Origin: Promethearchaeia archaeon
Lineage (GTDB): Archaea; Asgardarchaeota; Lokiarchaeia; Sigyniarchaeales; SOKP01
Direction: 5' to 3'
DNA: 64,000 nt
NCBI GenBank assembly: GCA_029856045.1
Contig: JAHQWG010000028.1
Span: forward strand, 288,001 to 352,000
Shown in pieces: positions 10,598-21,157 of the stretch (position 1 is the first letter of the stretch; each line of letters opens with the position of its first letter). The position numbers and the translations under genes are program-made. The notes under the pieces are model-generated. The model saw nothing but the letters and a program-made list of their open reading frames with translations, searched no databases and was not told where the DNA came from.

Positions 10598-12025
10598 ATG
10601 ATTTTTATGTCAGATTCAGCTAAAAACATAATAAAATTTCTTTGTGATCGGTTTTTTGAATTAGATTATTATCCAACCAGTTTAAGTGCACTATTGGATT
10701 TACCAATAGAGAAGTTGAGGGATTTTACACAAAAAGATATCTCTAAATTTAACAAGATAGATATTAAAATATTACGTGATTTAACCACAATTAGTGAAGA
10801 AGAGTTTTTAGAACTTGCAACGCTAACAAACATGGATTCAAATGTATTAAATAATGCAAAAATTGCCGCTACTTTAATAGCAAATGCATGGACTAAAAGA
10901 AAAGAATATATAAAAAAATCTCAGAGTAAAATCGTTGTAGCAGGTCTTGATTATGCAGGAAAAACATCTCTTATTAATAGATTAATGCATGATCATACTC
11001 CTGGGGATGTGATTAATTTAGAGCCTACAATAGGCGCAAATATCCAAGAATTTGAATCGGATAATTTAAACTTGATAATATGGGATCTTGGAGGGCAAAA
11101 AAGTAATTTAGAGGAATATATCCAAGAACCAGAGAAATTTTTTATCCAGCTAGATGTTTTATTTTTTGTATTTGATGCTCAAGATGATGTTCGCTATGAA
11201 GTTGCTCTTAAATATTTAAATGATCTCTTAGAAATTCTTGAATTTATAAAAGAAATTCCCCATATCTTAATTCTTATAAATAAAGTAGATCCTGACATCG
11301 AAAAAGATCCCGATTTTCAAATCAAACTTGAATATTTATCTGATAAAATTACAAGAATCTTTCTTAAGAAACCAAAAAATGTAAACTATGAAATAATACA
11401 AACAAGTATTTATAATATTTATTCCCATGAGCCTGAAATCGTAAAAACCATAAAAAATGTTTTTTCAAAAGATATTATTGCGAAGAAAGAAAAAAAAGAA
11501 ATGGAAATTGATGAAAAACTTCAGAAAATATTGGATATTAATTTTAAATTAATGGATAAAGTTGTTTCTGAACTCTCTGACATAAAAAGAGTTTTATATA
11601 AATTAGCACCATCAGATCTTAAACAATCAATCTATGCTGTTCCTTTTGATAAAGTTCCCTCTGAATATGTATCAACTCCCAAAAAAATCGCAAAAAAGCC
11701 TATAATTGCAAAAATTGAAAAGGAAAAACCTAAAAAAAAGAAAAAACCTAAAAAACCAGGGGTTCCTACTAAAATTCCTAAACCTATAAAATTATCTCCA
11801 CCGGCATCCAAAATTGAAGAAACAATGGATAAATTAAGTCAAAAATTTGAAGAAAGCGAACAAAGAATGGCATTGGAAAATTTAACACCACCCAAACCTC
11901 CTCCAAAAGCACCTGCAATTCCATCAACAACCCCACATAACATTATTAATCCTCGCAGCCAAATAATGTCAGAGTTAAAAGATATCTTCAAAAAAAAGGG
12001 AATCGTGAAAAAAGAAATTGTCTAA
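10598..12025 (+). CDS. Arf/Arl-like small GTPase with N-terminal helical extension and Lys/Pro-rich C-terminal tail
   Basis: G1 GLDYAGKT, G2 EPTIG, G3 WDLGGQ, G4 NKVD, G5 TSIY; tail PPKPPPKAPAIP...PRSQIMSELKDIFKKKG. Confidence 0.85.
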   Translation: MIFMSDSAKNIIKFLCDRFFELDYYPTSLSALLDLPIEKLRDFTQKDISKFNKIDIKILRDLTTISEEEFLELATLTNMDSNVLNNAKIAATLIANAWTKRKEYIKKSQSKIVVAGLDYAGKTSLINRLMHDHTPGDVINLEPTIGANIQEFESDNLNLIIWDLGGQKSNLEEYIQEPEKFFIQLDVLFFVFDAQDDVRYEVALKYLNDLLEILEFIKEIPHILILINKVDPDIEKDPDFQIKLEYLSDKITRIFLKKPKNVNYEIIQTSIYNIYSHEPEIVKTIKNVFSKDIIAKKEKKEMEIDEKLQKILDINFKLMDKVVSELSDIKRVLYKLAPSDLKQSIYAVPFDKVPSEYVSTPKKIAKKPIIAKIEKEKPKKKKKPKKPGVPTKIPKPIKLSPPASKIEETMDKLSQKFEESEQRMALENLTPPKPPPKAPAIPSTTPHNIINPRSQIMSELKDIFKKKGIVKKEIV

Positions 12026-12263
12026 AAAATAATCTAAATATCAAATATCAAACTAAAATTAAGTAATTATTATTAAATATCTGAAATTTTTATCGTAATT
12101 TTTCAATTAATTAAAAATCTATTACTTAGCTAATTTTTCTTGGATCTAAAGCTGTTATATTCCCATTCTCGTATTTACACATAATTTATAAGTAGATTTT
12201 TTTTTTGATTTATAGTAAATTTAATGATATTTGTAAAAACAAACAATTTTAGAAATATAGAGT

Positions 12264-12971
12264 TTACAACATGAAATCATTGATATCTTCTTTTATTGAG
12301 CGATCTATTTTTGGACATGGTTTTTCATTCAAGGCATATTGAATCAAGGTTTCCACACCAAGCAATGATGATGCCCTCCAGAGAACGTAATCTGCTAAAC
12401 CAATGTATTTTTCTCTATTATTTTTAATTATTATTTTAAAAATTATTCTTGTATCCAAATTTAGCTTATTTGAAAGATTTGTAATATGCCTATCAGGTTT
12501 AAAACAATCGATCCCGATATTTCGCATTAAATGATATACAGTAACATTACTAATATGCGGTAATTCTATTAGTTTTTTCTTAATCACTTCAAAATCATTT
12601 GCATTTCTAATATCATTTAACCATGAATTTGTAATTATTTTGCTACCCTTGATTATTGAACATATTTTTAATTTATTCTTTATAGGGATTCTTTCAAATA
12701 ATTCTGTCTCATTCATTTTGCAAACTTTTTCAACATTAAGCCCATAGAGAACATTTTTAATTAACCCCCAATTTTTTCTCACAATACTAGCATTAAAACC
12801 ACTAGTGAATACAACCCACACATATTGCTTGAAGAATTCATTTAATGATATGAATTTGTAAAAATCTTTTCCTAATAAATCTCTTATATATATCAAATAT
12901 GGATCGAATCCGGCTCTTTTTACAATTATCTTTGCATAATTATAGATTTTTAATATTTTTTCTTCAGACAC
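12264..12971 (-). CDS. HhH DNA glycosylase-like protein (3-methyladenine glycosylase I-like)
   Basis: VWVVFTSGFN..IVRKNW, HhH-like LIELPHISNVTVYHLMRNIG, KPDRH. Confidence 0.6.
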   Translation of the reverse strand: MSEEKILKIYNYAKIIVKRAGFDPYLIYIRDLLGKDFYKFISLNEFFKQYVWVVFTSGFNASIVRKNWGLIKNVLYGLNVEKVCKMNETELFERIPIKNKLKICSIIKGSKIITNSWLNDIRNANDFEVIKKKLIELPHISNVTVYHLMRNIGIDCFKPDRHITNLSNKLNLDTRIIFKIIIKNNREKYIGLADYVLWRASSLLGVETLIQYALNEKPCPKIDRSIKEDINDFML

Positions 12972-13082
12972 TTTTAATCTTACTCAATCCTAGCCAATGA
13001 TATTACATTATAATTATTTTATAATTATAAATAAAAAATAAAAAAGCTTAATTAATACAGAATTACTTCTTTTTTAACGATT

Positions 13083-13784
13083 TTGGAAAAAGATGGACTG
13101 AAAAAAATAATGATAAAACAATATTGCGTTATCTTCGATATGGATGGTGTCTTAGCAGATACAGGTCCTGTTCATTTAAAAAGTTGGATAATGATCGCAA
13201 ATGAATTAGGGATTAAAATAACTAAAAAGTTTTTTGAAGAAACATTTGGACAACAAAGCATTCCAATCATGCGAAAATTAGCTGGTCCTAATATAAATCA
13301 ATTAGAAATAGAAAAATTTGCAGCTTTAAAAGAAAAATATTACAGGGATATGGTCAAAGATGAAATAAAACCATTACCTGGAGTAATATCCCTAATTAAA
13401 TTATTGAAAGAAAAAAAATTTAAATTAGCAATAGGATCAAGTGGACCTCCTGAAAATATAGATTTATTACTTAATGGATTGAAGATTAAGCAATATTTTG
13501 ATGTTATTATTTCAGCTAAAGATGTCAAAAAAGGAAAACCTGCTCCTGATGTTTTTTTAATTGCAGCAAAACGCCTTAATATTGCACCTAAAAGATGTCT
13601 TGTAATTGAAGATGCTCCTGTAGGATTAGAAGCAGCAAAGAGAGCTGGGATGAAGTCAATTGCATTAACAACAACACATAATAAAGATGAGCTTTCTAAT
13701 GCTGATTTCGTTTGTCCTGATTTGTCCTATCTCAATGTGAACCAGATAACAGAATTGATAAACATAAAATATAAAAAAAATTAA
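13083..13784 (+). CDS. HAD-superfamily phosphatase (beta-phosphoglucomutase-like)
   Basis: DMDGVL, SS, GKPAPD, IEDAPVG motifs. Confidence 0.9.
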   Translation: MEKDGLKKIMIKQYCVIFDMDGVLADTGPVHLKSWIMIANELGIKITKKFFEETFGQQSIPIMRKLAGPNINQLEIEKFAALKEKYYRDMVKDEIKPLPGVISLIKLLKEKKFKLAIGSSGPPENIDLLLNGLKIKQYFDVIISAKDVKKGKPAPDVFLIAAKRLNIAPKRCLVIEDAPVGLEAAKRAGMKSIALTTTHNKDELSNADFVCPDLSYLNVNQITELINIKYKKN

Positions 13785-14080
13785 GAATTTTGTTAGAAAT
13801 AATAATGATTATCGTTCTTTTATCTATTTAATAGTTAATAATTAACTATCATATAACGCGAATTCAAATAATAAGAATATTACCATAATGGTTAATTATT
13901 TATTTTTAGATGTTCTAGAGATAAGAGAACAAAACAAAATTAAATAGCTGTAATCTCATTATAATTTTATAGCACTAATCCACCAAAAAATAAATTTTTA
14001 AAAAATTGAAATAAATTAAATACTTAAGAATCCCCAATTACATATCATCAACTATTAATTAAATACAATGTGTATAAAAT

Positions 14081-14632
14081 TTGAAAGATGCCACATTTAA
14101 AATTTGCATTTTTGGAGACGGAGGTGTGGGTAAAACATCTTTGACCAAAAAATATGTTACTGGCTTATTTGATCCTGATTTGAAATTTACAATTGGACTG
14201 GATTTTTATGTGAAAAACCTAGAAGTTAATGAAAAGTTAATATCTTTACAAATCTGGGACTTTGCTGGTGAATCTCGATTTAGATTTCTTTTACCCGACT
14301 ATGTAAAAGGGGCATCTGGAGCAATTTTTATGTACGATATTACTCGATACTCATCCCTAAAAAATATGGATGATTGGTTGCTTGTTTTTAATCAAGGTTT
14401 AATTAAAACTGATAAGCAAATGCCTATTATTATGGTCGGAGGAAAAGCAGATCTCATTCAGAGACGGGCAATTCAGAGTGAAGACGCTATTGAGATCGCG
14501 AAAAAGCAAAAATTTATTGGATTTATTGAATGTTCCTCTAAAACAGGAGAAAATGTAGAAAAAATATTTATTACATTAGCTAATATAATGATGAAAGAAG
14601 CAGGTTTAACCCAAGATAATATTTTGTTATAA
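14081..14632 (+). CDS. Rab-like small GTPase
   Basis: GDGGVGKT, TIG, LQIWDFAGE, YDIT, GKAD, SSKTG; no C-terminal prenylation cysteines. Confidence 0.92.
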   Translation: MKDATFKICIFGDGGVGKTSLTKKYVTGLFDPDLKFTIGLDFYVKNLEVNEKLISLQIWDFAGESRFRFLLPDYVKGASGAIFMYDITRYSSLKNMDDWLLVFNQGLIKTDKQMPIIMVGGKADLIQRRAIQSEDAIEIAKKQKFIGFIECSSKTGENVEKIFITLANIMMKEAGLTQDNILL

Positions 14633-14780
14633 ATTCTTTTTCTAAACCAGAAGAATTAAACCAATAATAGGATGTTATTCGTATTATTGAGGTTTATTCA
14701 ATTTATAATAAAAAAAAAGAAAAAAAATTGGTTATTATTTATTCCTCCGCTTGAAAGAAAACTCTAAAACATAAGATTTA

Positions 14781-14990
14781 CTAGAAGTATTTAATAGCGA
14801 GTAAGATATCTTCTTTTGTAATTTTCTTCCTCTTCGAATGTTTTGTTAACTTCAAAGCGGTTTCAGTTATTGATTTACTGGCAACACCCAACCAATCGAT
14901 TAATTCATCAACAGCGTCGCGTGCAACGATTGTAGCACCACTGTTTTTCATTAATCGGCGGATGGGGCTCCATGAAAAGTATTCTGCCAT
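14781..14990 (-). CDS. archaeal histone (HMf-type fold, tailless)
   Basis: 69 aa; PIRRLMK..GA..VARDA...H.KRKKITKEDI pattern. Confidence 0.9.
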   Translation of the reverse strand: MAEYFSWSPIRRLMKNSGATIVARDAVDELIDWLGVASKSITETALKLTKHSKRKKITKEDILLAIKYF

Positions 14991-15424
14991 AATTTTTCAC
15001 ACTTTTTTATTTTTTTTATTAATTTTTTATTTTATATTTATATAAAAATTTGTGTTTGAATTAATATATTCTCTTCAAATATTTAAAGATTTTGGTGTGT
15101 ATTGAAAAATAGTAAAAAAAAAGTGAGAAAAATTGAAATATTTTTGTCGAGTCATGGAATTTGTTAATCTGGTAAGAGATAATTTTTTTAATTAAATTTC
15201 ATCAGCTGACCAAAATTTGTAGCCAATTAATAATATTTGTAATGATTTTTATATATTTTTTATTTATGGGATTAAATTTTAGAATTAAAGTAGGTTTTTA
15301 TAAAAATGTGAGATAGAATATTAGAAAAAATATTAAAAGATATGAGAAAACTTTTACTATTTGTTAAGTAGATTTATAATTTATTTGGTAAAATTTATTT
15401 TAATCTAAATCAAATTGAACTATT

Positions 15425-15928
15425 ATGATAAATCCAAAAGATTTCTTAGAATTTCTAAAGAGAAGAAGAAGTATAAGAATGTTTCAGAATAAGATGATTC
15501 CAGATGATGAAATTGAAATGATTTTAAAAGCAGCAAGATGGACACCCAGCGCTTCAAATAGACAGCCATGGCAATTTATAGTTATAAAGGATAAGGAATT
15601 GTTAAAAACTCTTTCAAAAATAACGATTTATGGGTATTTTATGGCGCAAGCACCAGTAGCCATTGCTATTGTGGGTAAGATTTCAGAAAGTCCAAATTGG
15701 TATATTCAAGATACTACACTGGCTTCAATGAGTATAATACTTATGGCTTGGTCTCTAGGTATTGGAACATGTTGGATTGGCAGTTTAGATCGAGAAAAAA
15801 CTAAAGAATTGTTAAACCTAGATAAAAAGGACTATTTACTTACAGTATTACCATTGGGTTATATTAAAGGAGATATTCCTAAACCTACACCGCGTAAGGA
15901 ATTAAAAGAAATAAAAAAAGAAATTTAA
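15425..15928 (+). CDS. nitroreductase family protein
   Basis: RRRSIR, PSASNRQPW, GIGTCWIG. Confidence 0.92.
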   Translation: MINPKDFLEFLKRRRSIRMFQNKMIPDDEIEMILKAARWTPSASNRQPWQFIVIKDKELLKTLSKITIYGYFMAQAPVAIAIVGKISESPNWYIQDTTLASMSIILMAWSLGIGTCWIGSLDREKTKELLNLDKKDYLLTVLPLGYIKGDIPKPTPRKELKEIKKEI

Positions 15929-15951
15929 AAATATTATATTAATAATCTGAA

Positions 15952-16380
15952 TTAAAACATATCTTTTTGAATAGAATTTTCAATTTCTTTATCGATTTCA
16001 TCATTTGGTTTTTTGACACATCCTATTTCTGCTATTGTTTGAAGTCCTGTTGGACTTACCGTTTCCTTTATATCGTTACAAATCTTTGGTGGACTATTTG
16101 GATCAGCACCTGTCCCAAATATGATAAGTTTTTTGCCTTGTAGATTCAATTGGTTAACTTTTTTCAAGAATTTTTTAAAAGTCATCGCCATTTGACCACC
16201 ATGAGTTGGAGAACCCAACCCGATAATATCAAAACTTTTAATAGAATCAATTGATTTGAATTCTTTATCCCGATAAATTTCGACTGAAGTCCCCAGATCT
16301 TCCAATCTTTTCATAATTTTTTCTGCTAATAATTTTGTGTTTCCAGAGCGTGTATCATAAATAATAATTGCTTTCGACAT
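15952..16380 (-). CDS. flavodoxin
   Basis: YDTRSGNT FMN loop, LGSPTHGG. Confidence 0.88.
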   Translation of the reverse strand: MSKAIIIYDTRSGNTKLLAEKIMKRLEDLGTSVEIYRDKEFKSIDSIKSFDIIGLGSPTHGGQMAMTFKKFLKKVNQLNLQGKKLIIFGTGADPNSPPKICNDIKETVSPTGLQTIAEIGCVKKPNDEIDKEIENSIQKDMF

Positions 16381-16534
16381 TTTTTATCACTCTCTAAAAA
16401 TAATGTAATATAATATCTGGAAGACCTTAAATAACTTTTTCATCATTTTGAAAGGTAAATAAAATTACTTAAAATTTTTTAAGTTCCATAACAAATAATC
16501 TTTTATTTTTAATGATTCTGGAATTTCTAAAGGT

Positions 16535-16906
16535 TTAAGATAAAAATTCTTTTATAACTTCTTTGAATTCCTTGAGATTTAATGGTTTTGAGAGCGATTT
16601 ATTAAACCTGGCACTGGCAAATACGGATTCCCTATTACCTTCAACTGGAGAAGAAGAGGCGGCAATGATTGGAGTCTCTTTAAATTTATCTATTTTACGG
16701 AGTTCTTTACAAATATCAATTCCTTTTAATTTTGGAAGGTTATTATCTAAAATAATAAGATCAGGATTCTCAGATTTTATCATTTCTAAGCCTTTATCTC
16801 CCCGAGTTTCATAGAAAACTTTAATATTTGGGATTTTCTTGAAGATAGCTTTATATAATTTGATATTGGTTTCGTTATCTTCGATAATAAAAATTTTTTT
16901 TGTCAA
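16535..16906 (-). CDS. single-domain response regulator (REC)
   Basis: IEDN, LIILDNNLP, KP motifs. Confidence 0.88.
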   Translation of the reverse strand: MTKKIFIIEDNETNIKLYKAIFKKIPNIKVFYETRGDKGLEMIKSENPDLIILDNNLPKLKGIDICKELRKIDKFKETPIIAASSSPVEGNRESVFASARFNKSLSKPLNLKEFKEVIKEFLS

Positions 16907-17004
16907 TGATTTTCCCTCTTATACTAAATTATAAACTTTTTGTCAAATAATAACATAATAATAATAAATTATTTCTATTTAAATTAAATGGAGAAAAACT
17001 TCAA

Positions 17005-17931
17005 TTGAAATATATTTTTGGTCCAGTTCCATCTCGACGGTTGGGAAATTCATTAGGGGTTGATCCAATCCCTTCTAAAACTTGTAATTTTTCATGTGTT
17101 TATTGTCAATTAGGAAGAACAACAAACTTAACAAATACAAGAAAAAATTTTTTTCCAAAAGAAGATATAATTCAAGAAATGAAACTATCATTAAAAATTC
17201 ACGAAAAAACGATGGATTTTTTAACTTTTGTAGGAAGTGGAGAACCAACATTATATAAGGATTTGAAAGATCTTATTTTAGTGGCAAAACGATTGACAAA
17301 GAAACCAGTTTGTGTAATAACCAATGGAGCATTATTGTATGATCAGGAAGTGCAAAATACTCTGATGGAAGCAGATGTTATTATGCCAAGTTTAGATGCA
17401 GGAGATGAAAAAATGTTTAAAAGGATTAATCGCCCTCATCCTGATATAAAATTTAATAAAATGGTTGAAGGGTTGATTGAATTTAGAAAAAAATTTTCCG
17501 GTAAAATCTGGATGGAGATAATGTTAATGGATGAAATTAATGATGGAATCGAATCACTTAAATTGACTAAAGTAATCCTAAATCAGATTAATCCAGACCG
17601 TACATACATTAATGTACCTATAAGACCTCCTGCAGAATCTTGGGTAAAAAAGCCAAGTAAAGAATCAATTGAAAGATGTAAGGACATTTTAGGTGAAATC
17701 TATAATATCTCTTTTCCTGAAGAAGGACAATTTTTTAGTCCAAGTTCTGACTTAGAAAATGAAATTTTATTATTAATAGAAAGACATCCAATGAGGCATG
17801 AGCAAATTCTTAAAACATTTTCAAATTTCTCTGAAAAGAAAATATTAACAATCCTAAATAAATTAGAAAAGGAAGGGAAAGTAATAAAAAAGAAATATGA
17901 TGAGGTAATATTCTGGAATTTCATTCCGTAG
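17005..17931 (+). CDS. radical SAM Fe-S oxidoreductase with C-terminal wHTH-like segment
   Basis: FGPVPSRRLG.SLG, CNFSCVYC, GSGEPTL. Confidence 0.88.
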   Translation: MKYIFGPVPSRRLGNSLGVDPIPSKTCNFSCVYCQLGRTTNLTNTRKNFFPKEDIIQEMKLSLKIHEKTMDFLTFVGSGEPTLYKDLKDLILVAKRLTKKPVCVITNGALLYDQEVQNTLMEADVIMPSLDAGDEKMFKRINRPHPDIKFNKMVEGLIEFRKKFSGKIWMEIMLMDEINDGIESLKLTKVILNQINPDRTYINVPIRPPAESWVKKPSKESIERCKDILGEIYNISFPEEGQFFSPSSDLENEILLLIERHPMRHEQILKTFSNFSEKKILTILNKLEKEGKVIKKKYDEVIFWNFIP

Positions 17932-17962
17932 TTATTGAATCTGATTTTATGTATTATTATAT

Positions 17963-18601
17963 TTATTTTATTGAGTTTGTTGCGAGCATCTCATCAAGGG
18001 CTTTAGTTATTTCTTTACATGATTCAAGCATCATTTCTGTGTAATTCACAACTGTTTGCTCAGATAGATTTCCTTGTTTTTTCCCTTCTAAAATTAATTC
18101 ACAAAATCCTTGAATAGTATTAATTCCGCTTCTAATTTGCATAGTAAATGATTCTAATGGCAAGACTTCTTCCTTTTTCATATATATCTCATTTATTTCA
18201 CTAAAAAATTTCTTAAATGATTTTATATCATCTGATAAAATTTGTTTGTTTCCTAATTTTAGGAATTCCATTTCAATTCTTCGGAAATGAATTATTGGAA
18301 TTAGCGGATATGCTACATCCCGAAGAATTATCAGTGAATATAATTGTTTCCCTCCCCGAGCGCTAGGATCTTCAACTTCTATTTTACAGATCTGGGAATA
18401 AAATTGACTATAATCCAAAATGACAAATTTATTTTTAGTATTTAATGCATCTCTCAAAAGATTTTTGACAAATTGCTCTTCCTTAAGTGGAAAAGATGAA
18501 TATAAAGTTCTGGGACCCAAAATTTGATCATATTTTCCAATAATTAAAATAAATTGATATTTATCCAATCCTTCTTTAAAATTTAGGTAATCATCAGACA
18601 T
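17963..18601 (-). CDS. longin/uDENN (folliculin-like) domain fused to a degenerate HisKA (DHp) helix pair
   Basis: FILIIGKYDQILGP and DPSARGGKQLYSLII motifs; C-terminal TMQIRSGINTIQGFCELIL resembles an H-box without His; GGAGGA SD. Confidence 0.6.
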   Translation of the reverse strand: MSDDYLNFKEGLDKYQFILIIGKYDQILGPRTLYSSFPLKEEQFVKNLLRDALNTKNKFVILDYSQFYSQICKIEVEDPSARGGKQLYSLIILRDVAYPLIPIIHFRRIEMEFLKLGNKQILSDDIKSFKKFFSEINEIYMKKEEVLPLESFTMQIRSGINTIQGFCELILEGKKQGNLSEQTVVNYTEMMLESCKEITKALDEMLATNSIK

Positions 18602-18658
18602 AGCCTTCCTCCATTTTCATATTAGATTTTATTTTTATGCTGATTTCTTTGGTTATTT

Positions 18659-20965
18659 TTAATTAGTCTCACTAATTTTTTGTAATTGTTCTTCAGTTAA
18701 TGTGATTTTAGGAATTGTAAAAAAGAATGTGGTTCCTTTATCTAATTTACTTTCAAACCAAATTTCCCCTCCATGAAGATTTACTAGTCTTTTCGTTAAT
18801 GCTAAACCCAACCCTGTCCCCTGAACCTGTTTTATCTTATCACCTTCTACTCTTCCAAATTCTCTAAAGACTACATCGTAATCCTTCTTTGCAATACCAA
18901 CACCAGTATCTTTAATTTGAAATTCCCAATGATCGATTCTTTGAATACCACGAAGTGAAACATTTCCTTGCTCTGTAAATTTAAATGCATTACTTAAAAT
19001 ATTATATAATATTTGTTTGAAACGAATAGGATCAGCAGTTAAATAATCGTGTTCATCTATACCTTTAACTTTAAATTCCAAATTTTTGTTTGAATATAAT
19101 GGTTTTATTACTGCATTAATTTCTACAATAAATTCATTTAAATCAAATTTCTGCATATTTAATTTTAATTTTCCAGCTTCAATTTTTGAGATATCTAAAA
19201 TTGAATTTATTAAACTGAGTAAATGATCTCCTGCAGAATTAATATCATTTATAAAATCTTGTTGATCTACATTTAAATTACCATATGAACCATCTAATAA
19301 CAACTGTGAAAAACCTAATATGGCATTCAACGGTGTTCTTAATTCATGAGACATTGTAGCCATAAATCTTGATTTAATATCCAAGGAAGCAAGTAATTGA
19401 TCAAATAACATTTCTCGATTCTTTTCAAAATTTTTTCTATCAGTAATATCGGAAAAAAAAGATTGAATAATTATTTGATCTTCAATTCTTAATATGGTTG
19501 ACGTAACTTCTACATACAATAGTTTTCCATACTGTGCTTTTATCAATGCTTCGACTTTATTAGGAATTGATAAATCATAAATACCTTCTTCGTAATGTTT
19601 TTTAACTATATCTATAAATTCTGGGTCAAATAACTCGTATATATTGTGTGTTAATAATTCTTCTCGATTATAGTTGAATAAATTCTCTGTTTCTCTATTA
19701 GCCTTTAAAATTTCACCCTTTTGATTTAATAGAAAAATTCCCAATGGAGCTGTTTCATTAAGCGCATCTATTTCTTGTAATGTTTTCTCTAATTTTTTTA
19801 TTTCTTTCTCAGACTGTTTTTGAGCGGTAATATCTTGTATCATCAATTGTACAATATTTTTCTCCCCCATTTTAAATAAAGAAGATTGTATATTCACCCA
19901 AGCAATGTTCCCATCCTTTTTCTTAATTTGAATTTCAAGAGGCGTTGGAGCATTTCCATCATATATATCTTTATATTTTTCTTTTATATCTGAAAGACTT
20001 GATGAAGGAAGAATAGGTGTTTCATAATATCTTTTATTGATTAACTCTTCCTTTTTATATCCAAATATTTTTTCGGTAGTATTATTGCAATCAATAATCA
20101 CACCTTCCAAATTAAGTAGGATTATGGAATTTGGAGAATTTTCAAATAGATATCTGAATTTTTCTTCTGACTCTTTTTTCTTTTTTTCCGTCTTCTTGCG
20201 TTCCGTAATATCTTCGCAATTAGTTAGGAGTACATTTTTACCACCCAACTCTATTAAGTCTATATTCATTAGAGCTGTATAAATTGTGCCGTCTTTTTTT
20301 TTCAGTTTTACTTCGAAATTATAGACCTTATCAGTTTCATGCAATTTATTAAGCAATTTTTTACGTTCATTTGGATCAACATAAGTAGAAATAAGTCTAT
20401 GAGTGTTTAACTCATCTAAGGTAAAACCTGTTATTTCTTGCATTTTTTTGTTCATAGCAAGAATATTACCCTCAAGGTCAGCAATCCCAATCCCTATTGG
20501 AGAAGAATTAAATAAAAATTGATATTTTTCCTCAGATTTTTGTATCTGGGTAGTTAATTTTTCCATTTTAATCCATGTTCGATTTCTTTCAATAGCATAT
20601 TGGATTGAACGTAATAATAGATTACTATTAATCTCATTTTTAATCAAGTAATCTTGAGTTCCTGCTTTAACCGCTTCTACACCTATTTGAAAACCATCAT
20701 TTACAGTTAGAACAATAACAGGAATATTTTGAACCTTTTCACAAGTCTTAAATACAGTATTAAGTCCAAAACTATCTGGAAGGTTTATATCTAAGAGAAT
20801 TACGTCATAATTTCTATTATCAATATGGTTAAATCCTTTCTTAAGGGTATCAGCCCAAACCAAATTAAATTTTAAATTTTTAATCTTTTTTAGCATTTCT
20901 TCTATTAATCGAACATCACCAGGATTATCTTCGATTAACAGAATATTAATTAAATTATCTAACAT
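18659..20965 (-). CDS. hybrid sensor histidine kinase REC-PAS-PAS-PAS-HisKA-HATPase
   Basis: IEDNPGD/LLDINLPD REC; three PAS ending in DIT; SHELRTPL, NILSNAFKF, DTGVG, GTGLGL. Confidence 0.93.
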   Translation of the reverse strand: MLDNLINILLIEDNPGDVRLIEEMLKKIKNLKFNLVWADTLKKGFNHIDNRNYDVILLDINLPDSFGLNTVFKTCEKVQNIPVIVLTVNDGFQIGVEAVKAGTQDYLIKNEINSNLLLRSIQYAIERNRTWIKMEKLTTQIQKSEEKYQFLFNSSPIGIGIADLEGNILAMNKKMQEITGFTLDELNTHRLISTYVDPNERKKLLNKLHETDKVYNFEVKLKKKDGTIYTALMNIDLIELGGKNVLLTNCEDITERKKTEKKKKESEEKFRYLFENSPNSIILLNLEGVIIDCNNTTEKIFGYKKEELINKRYYETPILPSSSLSDIKEKYKDIYDGNAPTPLEIQIKKKDGNIAWVNIQSSLFKMGEKNIVQLMIQDITAQKQSEKEIKKLEKTLQEIDALNETAPLGIFLLNQKGEILKANRETENLFNYNREELLTHNIYELFDPEFIDIVKKHYEEGIYDLSIPNKVEALIKAQYGKLLYVEVTSTILRIEDQIIIQSFFSDITDRKNFEKNREMLFDQLLASLDIKSRFMATMSHELRTPLNAILGFSQLLLDGSYGNLNVDQQDFINDINSAGDHLLSLINSILDISKIEAGKLKLNMQKFDLNEFIVEINAVIKPLYSNKNLEFKVKGIDEHDYLTADPIRFKQILYNILSNAFKFTEQGNVSLRGIQRIDHWEFQIKDTGVGIAKKDYDVVFREFGRVEGDKIKQVQGTGLGLALTKRLVNLHGGEIWFESKLDKGTTFFFTIPKITLTEEQLQKISETN

Positions 20966-21157
20966 ATTTTTATTTTTATTTTTTGTTTAGTTTAATTAAT
21001 AATTACGATAATATGAAAAATGATAATTTTTAATGTTATAGAAATATTGGATGAGAGAGAGATGCATAGATTATTCCACTTTTTTTTACATTAGAAAATT
21101 TTTTAAATTTATTATGTGAATACCATTAGCATTTTCTTTCAATTATAATTTATCAAA

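Noticed and set aside
12126-12182. 18-codon minus-strand ORF MCKYENGNITALDPRKIS
   Set aside because: Too short, no SD or recognisable motif; may be a gene remnant but cannot be supported
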